IMG/VR virus record: IMGVR_UViG_3300045988_064337
Location: 1 to 38,228 of that record
Direction: 5' to 3' (one strand)
DNA: 38,228 nucleotides
Source: a virus
In this document: piece after piece, positions 31,525 through 38,228 of the stretch
How the letters are laid out: the number at the start of each line of letters is the position of its first letter
How positions within the stretch are numbered: the stretch's first letter is position 1
Translations under genes and position numbers: made by a program
The notes under the pieces: generated by a model
What the model was told of the DNA's origin: nothing
Databases searched by the model: none
The model's input: only the letters and a program-made list of their open reading frames with translations

Positions 31525-32805
31525 ATGTTCGGTCTAAGTCTCATATCAACCAAGGAAATAGAGTCGCTCAGAAGCGAGATGAAGGGCTTCTATGACGATA
31601 TCAGCAACAACGCAAACAACGAATATCTGAAGGCGATTGCGGCCTGCACGCGCGGACTGGAATTGCCTCCGTTCCAGGAACTCGACCGGATGAAGATTCA
31701 GCAATACTACCGACAGAGTGCCCCTGTCCAGGGTGTCGTGAACTACATCGCCCGAAACGTGGGCGAGGTCATGCAGTACCTGCTTCTGACGAAGAAATCA
31801 GACGACACTCCAGTTGAGAAGCACTGGCTCATCGACCTGTTAGCAAAACCGAATGACAGGTTCACGCTCAGGAAGTTCGGAACTGCATGGGCAATAAACA
31901 AGCTGCTGTACGGCGATGCCTGGGTGTATGCCCCGAAGGCAGTCGGCCGCAACCTCGGAGAAATCAAGGAAATGTACGTCATCCCTTCGTGGCGCATCGG
32001 CGCACAATGGGGCGCGGACTCGGTTCTCGAGGGAGTGAAGCTGCAGGGGCTTGCAGGAGACAGGACAATCAAGTTCTCGGACGTGTTCGAGAGCTTCGAC
32101 TATAATCTTGACGACCAGAGCGCCTTCGGCACATCGCGCCTGGTGGCAGCCTCAATGTATCTCTCGATGATGCAGAGCGGCATCCTGCGCGAGGACACCG
32201 CGCTCAAGAATGGCGGCGTGACGAACATCGTGACACCTCCGCAGGACAAACTGACCGGCATCACTCGCCCGGCAGAGGGAGACGAGCTCGAGCGGGAGTT
32301 CAACGCTCAGAAGAACATCGGCAAGACCAAGGTTCTCCGCTTCCCTATCGACGTGAAGACGCTCGGAAATGCGCCTGTGGACTTGAACATCCTCGAGAGC
32401 CACAAGGAAGCAGTGACTGCTGTCTGTTTCGCATACAATCTGCCGGTTGACCTCTACTACGGACAGAGCAAGTATGAGAATGCGAAAGAGGCAAAGAAGA
32501 CCATCTATGAGATGAATGCAGTGCCGATGGCGAATGAGTTCGCCGAAGATCTGCTCAACTACTGCGGACTGTCGCACGAGTTCTCGCTTGAGGTGGACAC
32601 CCAGAAGATTGACGTGCTTCAGGATAAGCCTGCGGATACGCTTGACGCGCTCGACAAGATGAACGCATCGGTGAACGAGAAGCGCGAAGTCATGGGCTAC
32701 GAACCGATAGAGGAAGAGTGGGCCAATAAGCCGATGATCCCGCTCGGCGTGCAGTTCGGCTACGAGGCTGGAATTGACATTGACGAACTTTCCGGCAATG
32801 CGTAA
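31525..32805 (+). CDS. Portal protein
   Basis: 426 aa, immediately after terL and upstream of the MuF-like gene. Confidence 0.8.
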   Translation: MFGLSLISTKEIESLRSEMKGFYDDISNNANNEYLKAIAACTRGLELPPFQELDRMKIQQYYRQSAPVQGVVNYIARNVGEVMQYLLLTKKSDDTPVEKHWLIDLLAKPNDRFTLRKFGTAWAINKLLYGDAWVYAPKAVGRNLGEIKEMYVIPSWRIGAQWGADSVLEGVKLQGLAGDRTIKFSDVFESFDYNLDDQSAFGTSRLVAASMYLSMMQSGILREDTALKNGGVTNIVTPPQDKLTGITRPAEGDELEREFNAQKNIGKTKVLRFPIDVKTLGNAPVDLNILESHKEAVTAVCFAYNLPVDLYYGQSKYENAKEAKKTIYEMNAVPMANEFAEDLLNYCGLSHEFSLEVDTQKIDVLQDKPADTLDALDKMNASVNEKREVMGYEPIEEEWANKPMIPLGVQFGYEAGIDIDELSGNA

Positions 32806-33571
32806 GAAGATAAATCCTGCGACGCGCAGGCATCTGGACTACCTGCGGCTGAAGGCGCTCCGCACGGCGGCAACCTACGAGACGAGGCTGCGGAAGTGCC
32901 GTAGGACTGAAGTCAAGCGAGTGCTGGAGCTGTGCAAGGACAAGGATCCTGCAGAATGGGCGGGCGTCATTGACACGAACCTTTCTGAGCCGTATCTCCG
33001 GAACATCGAGACGGGGCTGCTGACGGCGGTAGGAATGCCGCACGCAAAGAGCGTAGTCCGTGACATGAACAAGGCCAAGGCAGGCGAAAGCGAGGTCCTG
33101 ACAAGCATGTGGCTGAATGCAATCGAGTCGTATGCCAACGATCGCGTCGGCGAATTGATTGTCTCGGTGACGGGAACGCTGAAGGAGACGCTGATTCAGA
33201 TACTCCAGGACAGGATGGCCGATGAGGTCACCGGCATCGAGAAACTGACGCTTGACGTGTTCAAGAACTACAAGGAACTCGAGCTGTGGCAGGTCAGGCG
33301 GATAATCCAGACGGAGACGATGTTCGGGCTCGGCAAGGCCGGAGACGCTGCCGCACGCTCGCTCGGGGTGAAGTTCACGAAGCAGTGGAGTATCAGCGGT
33401 CTCGGAAATTCACGGGACAGCCACATCGCGGTTGACGGGGTAATAGTTGCCCAGGAGGAGCCGTTCAAGGTAGGCAGGAGCCTGCTGATGTATCCTCACG
33501 ACACCAGCCTCGGTGCCCAGGCGAAAGAAGTCATAAACTGCGCGTGCGACGTGATTCGCATACCAGTTTAA
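32798..33571 (+). CDS. Head morphogenesis protein (Mu F / SPP1 gp7-like)
   Basis: The C-terminus reads RDSHIAVDGVIVAQEEPF...YPHD...VINCACDV. The start ATGCGTAA overlaps the portal stop. Confidence 0.75.
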   Translation: MRKKINPATRRHLDYLRLKALRTAATYETRLRKCRRTEVKRVLELCKDKDPAEWAGVIDTNLSEPYLRNIETGLLTAVGMPHAKSVVRDMNKAKAGESEVLTSMWLNAIESYANDRVGELIVSVTGTLKETLIQILQDRMADEVTGIEKLTLDVFKNYKELELWQVRRIIQTETMFGLGKAGDAAARSLGVKFTKQWSISGLGNSRDSHIAVDGVIVAQEEPFKVGRSLLMYPHDTSLGAQAKEVINCACDVIRIPV

Positions 33572-33605
33572 TTCTCCATAGTTTAATTGTTTTTTTGTTG
33601 TGTTG

Positions 33606-33635
33606 GGGCTTCGGATTTCCGGGGCCCTTTTTCTT
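33606..33635 (+). terminator. Rho-independent terminator inside the late region
   Basis: GGGCTTCGG-attt-CCGGGGCCC (9 bp, including two G-U pairs), followed by TTTTTCTT. Confidence 0.6.
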
Positions 33636-33713
33636 GCCTCAAACGTGCCTATATTCCCATTTAAGTTTCAGGCGGTCAGAAAATTAAATTCATCGCGTTA
33701 ATCAGTAAACGCA

Positions 33714-34295
33714 ATGGATATTCAGTTTAAGAATCACGCTGGAAGCATCGAGGTCAAGAAGGAGAAGGATGACGGCACGCTGTCCATCCGCGCGTATGCG
33801 CTTGCCTTCGGGAATATCGACAGCTACGGCGACATCATCAAGGCCGGCGCCTGCGACAAGTGGCTGCTCTCGAAGGACAGCGACCGCTGCGCTCTCTGCT
33901 ATCAGCACGACATGCACAATGTCATCGGCATTATAACCACGAAGGGAGTTGACGACAAGGGCCTGTGGATAGAGGCGGACATCCTGCCTACTCAGCAGGG
34001 CAAGGACGTCCAGATCCTGATACGTGCAGGCGCAATCAAGGAATTCTCCATCGGCTACTACGCCGATTCCTGGTCATACGACAAGGTTGAGAACCAGGAA
34101 GTCCGCTATCTCGAGGAAATCAGCATCGTCGAAGTCTCGCCGGTCACACGTGCGGCAAATCCGCTCGCAACCCTGACGGACATGAAGGCTGAGGACATGG
34201 CAGGCTCTCTCGCCGCTATGCCGGAGGCGCAGCTGCTCTCACTGCAGACTGCCGTCAAGGAGGAAATCGCAAAAAGGATCTACTCAAAACTATAA
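33714..34295 (+). CDS. HK97-family prohead protease
   Basis: Contains AYALAFGNIDSYGDII, LCYQHD, EFSIGY and EISIVEVSPVTRAANP. Confidence 0.85.
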   Translation: MDIQFKNHAGSIEVKKEKDDGTLSIRAYALAFGNIDSYGDIIKAGACDKWLLSKDSDRCALCYQHDMHNVIGIITTKGVDDKGLWIEADILPTQQGKDVQILIRAGAIKEFSIGYYADSWSYDKVENQEVRYLEEISIVEVSPVTRAANPLATLTDMKAEDMAGSLAAMPEAQLLSLQTAVKEEIAKRIYSKL

Positions 34296-34315
34296 ACAAT
34301 CTAATTCTTACAGAC

Positions 34316-35533
34316 ATGCCAGAATCATTATTGGAAAAAAAAGCGCAGGAACTCCAGGAGAAAATGGAGGCTGCGGAGAAAAAGGCCGAGAATGCAGCCA
34401 ATGAGGCAGCAGATGCTAATGCTAAGGCAGACGAGACAGCGTCTAAGCTTGAAAAGGCCGAGAAGGCGCTCGAGGAAAGAAAGACCGAGGTGTGCAATCT
34501 CGACAAGACAGTCAAGGAGCAGCAGAAGGCTCTCGAAGACCTGAACAAGAAACTGAAAGAGAAGAATGGAAAGTCCTTCGACATCGTCCTCCGCGAATTC
34601 ATGGAGGAGAACAAAGAAGCGATGGAGAAGTTCATCGAAAGCAAGACCTACGGCACGGCGTCGTTCAAGTTTGCGACATCGAACATCACCAACAGCTCGC
34701 TCGGCGTGCAGTTGGACCAGAACATCTATGCTGAGAGGCTCAAGGCAAACACCTTCCTTTCGACATTCCCTCACATCACCAGGACCGGAAACTCCATCGA
34801 ATGGCTTGAAGGTTCAGACACCGACAACACCGGTTATGTAGGAGAACTTGAGGAACCTGCTACAGGCAATTCTTATGAGCTCGCCGGCAAGACAAGACGC
34901 TTCGCGAAAGTTGCGACATTCATCGAGGTCTCTCAGGAAATCGAGGACTGGTTCAATGCCGTTTACCAATGGGCAAGGACACGCGGTATCGCACGTGTTC
35001 TCCGCAAGGCAGACACCTTCATCTGGAGCGGAGACGGCGCTGACACCACGAAGCCGAATCACGTCTACGGCCTCAAGACTTCCGGCAGCACAGCATTCGC
35101 GGCTACCGGCGCAACGTACAAGAATGCTAACATCGCGGACGTCATCCTCGACGCCATCGCACAGGCCAAGGCCAACGGCTTCTCTCCGAATGTTGCCATC
35201 GTTCCGACAACCATCGAGGCTCAGATCAGAGGACTGAAGGACAAGAACGGCAACTACCTTTTCAACCAGGTTACCGGAATGCTCGGACAGGTGAAGATTG
35301 TCCTCACCGACCAGCTCTCAGCAACCGAGATCGTAGTCGCTGATACGTCATGCGTCGCAATCATCGACAAGGGAGAATACGAGATGGAGCTCGAGAGACT
35401 GGCAGGAAAGGACGGATGGAGAGTCTGGCTAAGGAAGGCCTTCCAGATTCAGGTTCCTACCTCAGAGAAGAAGGGCGTCATCTACGTTGCTAACACAACC
35501 ACCGCGATAGCAGCGCTTGCACCATCGGCCTAA
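34316..35533 (+). CDS. Major capsid protein (HK97 fold) with an N-terminal coiled-coil scaffold-like region
   Basis: 405 aa, after the protease. The N-terminal ~90 aa are Lys/Glu/Ala coiled coil. Confidence 0.85.
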   Translation: MPESLLEKKAQELQEKMEAAEKKAENAANEAADANAKADETASKLEKAEKALEERKTEVCNLDKTVKEQQKALEDLNKKLKEKNGKSFDIVLREFMEENKEAMEKFIESKTYGTASFKFATSNITNSSLGVQLDQNIYAERLKANTFLSTFPHITRTGNSIEWLEGSDTDNTGYVGELEEPATGNSYELAGKTRRFAKVATFIEVSQEIEDWFNAVYQWARTRGIARVLRKADTFIWSGDGADTTKPNHVYGLKTSGSTAFAATGATYKNANIADVILDAIAQAKANGFSPNVAIVPTTIEAQIRGLKDKNGNYLFNQVTGMLGQVKIVLTDQLSATEIVVADTSCVAIIDKGEYEMELERLAGKDGWRVWLRKAFQIQVPTSEKKGVIYVANTTTAIAALAPSA

Positions 35534-35536
35534 GCG

Positions 35537-35716
35537 ATGCCGGCTAAGATAAAGAAGCCCGAGCGTGCGTCTCGCGCTCCTAAAATCGGCGAGGTCGTCG
35601 TGTGTGAGGTGGTAAAGCCGCACGACGGCATCCCTGCCGGTGAAAAGCGCAAGGTGCTCGTGACTGATGCAGTGAGATACATGCTCAAGGAAGGTTTTTG
35701 GAAAATCATCGGATAA
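35537..35716 (+). CDS. Small hypothetical protein (59 aa, below the ORF-track cutoff)
   Basis: MPAKIKKPERASRAPKIGEVVVCEVVKPHDGIPAGEKRKVLVTDAVRYMLKEGFWKIIG. It fills the capsid-connector gap exactly. Confidence 0.5.
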   Translation: MPAKIKKPERASRAPKIGEVVVCEVVKPHDGIPAGEKRKVLVTDAVRYMLKEGFWKIIG

Positions 35717-35719
35717 ATT

Positions 35720-36175
35720 ATGAGTTTGACCGTCACAAGAATCATAGACGACAAGAGGTCTTACCTGCTCCCGAGCCTGAAGCGCTACGTGGGGGCAGTT
35801 GACGAATCGCAGGACGCGATACTGCAGCAGATGCTGACGACTGCGGCCCTGGAGATCCAGGCGCACGCTGATGTGAGCATACTGCCGTGTGAATTCGAAC
35901 TGCGCGTGGAAAACAACTCGCAGCAAGAGATTCGGCTGTACCAGACGCCTGCGGAAGTCTTGTCGGTGGCAACGGCTGACGGGGTGAAAGTGGACTACAC
36001 CATAGACGGGCGAAACGTGCGCACTGCGGGCGTTTTCCCGTCAGTGGTGATAAACTATACCACCGCGCCGAAAGAAGCCGAATACGGGCGGCTTCTGCCA
36101 CTTGTGTACCAGTACGCCTCGGCGCTCTATGACGGACAGACGGATGAACTTGTAAAAATCGTGTCGCAATGCTGA
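35720..36175 (+). CDS. Head-tail connector (gp6-like)
   Basis: Assigned from its position after the capsid gene and its 151-aa size. Contains LKRYVGAVDESQDAILQQMLTTAALEI. Confidence 0.6.
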   Translation: MSLTVTRIIDDKRSYLLPSLKRYVGAVDESQDAILQQMLTTAALEIQAHADVSILPCEFELRVENNSQQEIRLYQTPAEVLSVATADGVKVDYTIDGRNVRTAGVFPSVVINYTTAPKEAEYGRLLPLVYQYASALYDGQTDELVKIVSQC

Positions 36176-36507
36176 GGACTCCGGAAAATGCAAGACGCTA
36201 CAGGCAGCCAATCAAGCTGCTGTTCTTCGAGTCCAGGATTGACGAATACGGACACGCGAGCCTCGCTGAACCGAAGGTGGTTCTTGAGGCTTTCGCCTCC
36301 GTAGAGCAAATGAGCGCTACCAAGACGATGATGACTTTCCAGCAGGCGAATGTGGTAGGGCTGGACATTGAGATGCGGTGGACGGACGTGAAGTTCAACG
36401 GCATCCGCTGGCAAGGACACGACATCGTGTTCCCGCAGGCGGAAAACGTGGGCGAGCGCAACCGCACGCTTAGGATATCCGGATATTATCAGATTGACAA
36501 CCCTTAG
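36169..36507 (+). CDS. Head closure / head-tail adaptor protein
   Basis: 112 aa, with overlapping coupling to both neighbours and a typical position. Confidence 0.6.
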   Translation: MLRTPENARRYRQPIKLLFFESRIDEYGHASLAEPKVVLEAFASVEQMSATKTMMTFQQANVVGLDIEMRWTDVKFNGIRWQGHDIVFPQAENVGERNRTLRISGYYQIDNP

Positions 36508-37024
36508 CAGCATGGAGGCAGACGGTTTCATAGTCGAGAACTTCAGCGAGCTGAAGGAGCTATTCCGGAAGCACGAGAAGCAGATGCAGCAGGCTTGCGA
36601 CAAGGCGCTTGCCCGAGGTGCGATGAACATCGTGGCGGAAGCGAAGCGAAACCTTCGGCTCAACGGCAACAACGTGACAGGTCTGTTGACCAACAGCGGC
36701 AAGGCTGAGAAGCTGTCTGATGGCGAATACCAGGCAGGCTTCTTCTCGAGCAACGGAAAGGGCTATGCCGAGTATCTGGAATATGGGCGAAGGGCCGGCA
36801 AGATGCCTCCTCCGAAAATCCTCGAGGCGTGGGTGTACAAGCGAAGCCGCGACCCTGAAGTGAAGAAGAATGCGGCAAGCATCGCATTCGCGATAGCCCG
36901 GTTCATCGCAAAGCACGGAACGAAGCCGCATCCGTTTTTCAAGCCGGCTGTGGACTCGCAGACGAAGCAAATCGTCAAGGAACTGAAATCGGCGGCAAAA
37001 CGCATTATTGACAAAGGCAAATGA
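36494..37024 (+). CDS. HK97 gp10-like tail component
   Basis: Contains YAEYLEYGRRAGKMP and HPFFKPAV. Confidence 0.65.
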   Translation: MTTLSSMEADGFIVENFSELKELFRKHEKQMQQACDKALARGAMNIVAEAKRNLRLNGNNVTGLLTNSGKAEKLSDGEYQAGFFSSNGKGYAEYLEYGRRAGKMPPPKILEAWVYKRSRDPEVKKNAASIAFAIARFIAKHGTKPHPFFKPAVDSQTKQIVKELKSAAKRIIDKGK

Positions 37025-37416
37025 TTGAGATAGGAAAAAAGACACAAGCCTGCGACGAGCTGTTCAGGCATTTGACGAAGGCGATGCAACGCAAGGGGGT
37101 ATCAGTAGGCAGCACTGCCGGATATCCACGTGCGGAGATATCGTCAATCAACGAGCAGAGCAGTCTCGACAAGGCAGGCGAAGTGAGGCAGATATCCGTC
37201 GTCATTGACGCGATGTCCAACAAGAGCCTCGGCGAGGCCCTGGCAATCAGCCAGGAGAACCTTGACCGGATCAAGGAGGCTGAGGACAAGACGAAGTCCT
37301 TCACCATCCTGGGCGTGACGGAAAGCACGACAAACACACTGGAGGAGGTATCTGACACGCAGGTACTTCTCTATCGGGTAATAACTAATATAACTTTTTA
37401 TTTGGCAGCTAAATAA
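37021..37416 (+). CDS. Tail terminator / tail completion protein
   Basis: 131 aa, immediately upstream of the major tail gene. Confidence 0.5.
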   Translation: MIEIGKKTQACDELFRHLTKAMQRKGVSVGSTAGYPRAEISSINEQSSLDKAGEVRQISVVIDAMSNKSLGEALAISQENLDRIKEAEDKTKSFTILGVTESTTNTLEEVSDTQVLLYRVITNITFYLAAK

Positions 37417-37424
37417 GGAACATC

Positions 37425-37871
37425 ATGGCAAAACTTGGAAACGTGAGGAAATTCTACCTCACAACCGGAAAATCGGCTGGAACCTTCACATGGCTGAAGG
37501 GCGAGCAGAACAACGGCTTCAACCGCACAGCTGAAGCTATCGAAGTAAGTGACAAGCAAAACAGATGGGCACAATTCCTTTCTGGAAAGTTGGGCGCGAC
37601 CGCGTCTGTAACAGTCTTCACTGATGACGCGGCAAGCGAGATGCAGCACAAGATTATCAGTTCGCTTCACAATGGCCAATCTATTTACGCCTTCATAGGC
37701 GAACTTTCGGGAGATACCGGCAATGAGACACCTACCGAGGGGGATCTCTTTGAGGCAATCATAACAGGAATCTCCGACACCAACGACTACGGATCTGTCG
37801 CGTCTCGCTCAATAGATCTGACGGTAACAGGAGAACCTATGCACTATCCAACCATAACGAAAGAAGTATGA
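37425..37871 (+). CDS. Major tail protein
   Basis: 148 aa, beta-rich, upstream of the chaperone and tape measure genes. Confidence 0.7.
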   Translation: MAKLGNVRKFYLTTGKSAGTFTWLKGEQNNGFNRTAEAIEVSDKQNRWAQFLSGKLGATASVTVFTDDAASEMQHKIISSLHNGQSIYAFIGELSGDTGNETPTEGDLFEAIITGISDTNDYGSVASRSIDLTVTGEPMHYPTITKEV

Positions 37872-38228
37872 CGGCGGAGTTTTCAATTGAACTGAAGAAA
37901 GGCGTGGCGGTGAACATCTTGATAACGCCGCGCCTTTTTGTTTACAAGGGGCGTGAAGGCATCAACCTCGAGGCTGATGCCGACAACATCCCTGCCGTCA
38001 TGTCGCTATATGCTGACGTGCTGTACTTGGGAGCCCTGAACTGGTGGGAGCTGTCCGGCAAGGACGTGGATGACTATGAGCACAAGCGAATTGACTTCCA
38101 CATCTGGGCTGCAGAGAACCCTGACGACTTCGGGCGCATAGTGACGAAGGTCGTGCGGCTGCTGTCAGGCAAGAGCCTCGCGGAACTTGCAGAAGAAAAG
38201 AAGAAGGAGGCGGAGCCAAAAAAAAAAT
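37868..38228 (+). CDS. Tail assembly chaperone, 5' part (runs off the window end and continues at nt 1)
   Basis: The ATG at 37868 overlaps the major tail stop (ATGA). There is no stop before the window end. Translation: MTAEFSIELKKGVAVNILITPRLFVYKGREGINLEADADNIPAVMSLYADVLYLGALNWWELSGKDVDDYEHKRIDFHIWAAENPDDFGRIVTKVV... Confidence 0.65.
   Translation, partial: MTAEFSIELKKGVAVNILITPRLFVYKGREGINLEADADNIPAVMSLYADVLYLGALNWWELSGKDVDDYEHKRIDFHIWAAENPDDFGRIVTKVVRLLSGKSLAELAEEKKKEAEPKKK
38144..38228. repeat. Right copy of the 85-nt exact end overlap
   Basis: Identical to nt 1-85. Confidence 0.95.

Larger units (their letters stand above)
1..38228 (+). mobile_element. Complete temperate tailed-phage (siphovirus-like) genome, circularly permuted in this window
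   Basis: A full set of packaging, head, tail, lysis, integrase, repressor and recombination genes is present. The two ends overlap by 85 nt. Confidence 0.9.

Noticed and set aside
1-38228. Genome-wide TAA reassignment (stop-codon recoding)
   Set aside because: Many genes end in TAA exactly at tightly coupled gene junctions (for example 431, 2076, 4400, 7302, 7931 and 30161), with the next start 0-10 nt away. TAA therefore clearly functions as a stop. Only two local anomalies exist.
1-38228. CRISPR array, rRNA, IS element or transposase
   Set aside because: No regularly spaced direct repeats with unique spacers, no rRNA-like sequence, and no DDE or serine transposase-like ORFs were seen. The only tandem repeats are the 21-mer at 9024-9083 and short iterons or microsatellites at 19655-19760.

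Overview
The window is one complete, circularly permuted temperate siphovirus-like phage genome. The unique length is 38,143 nt, because nt 1-85 are repeated exactly at 38144-38228. Almost all coding is on the + strand.

Gene order:
- Packaging and head (29.5-37.0 kb): HTH protein, TerS, TerL, portal, MuF-like protein, HK97-type protease, major capsid protein, and connector proteins.
- Tail (37.0 kb, wrapping through nt 1, to 7.3 kb): tail terminator, major tail protein, a tail assembly chaperone that wraps the window ends and carries an A10 slippery run, tape measure protein, a 773-aa tail protein with a ribosomal bL12 C-terminal-like domain, and a 963-aa fibre.
- Lysis (7.3-9.6 kb): holin, GH19 endolysin, and a candidate unimolecular spanin.
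- Accessory operon (9.7-12.0 kb).
- An attP-like AT-rich region followed by a tyrosine integrase (12.0-13.6 kb).
- A minus-strand lysogeny module (13.6-16.6 kb) with two paralogous HTH/leucine-zipper repressors, a third decayed copy, and cargo genes.
- A + strand early region (16.7-29.5 kb): a tRNA-like cloverleaf, ERF, a Gp157-like protein, an ori-like repeat tract, SSB, AT-rich small-gene cassettes, a PcfK-like (AcrIIA9 family)/PcfJ-like pair, two DNA methyltransferases, and a VRR-NUC nuclease.

The integrase type and several exact TAnnTTTG -7 boxes suggest a Bacteroidota host. This is inference only, and several strong GGAGG-like ribosome-binding sites are atypical for that phylum.

I saw no rRNA, CRISPR array, reverse transcriptase or transposase.

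The observations most worth follow-up are:
- the bL12-domain tail protein
- the non-canonical tRNA-like element
- two in-frame TAA interruptions, one directly upstream of a PLD/HKD-like motif
- a structured minus-strand leader with an anti-SD pairing upstream of a 40-aa ORF
- the chaperone frameshift
- the duplicated immunity module

All family names come from my own motif recognition. No database search was run.
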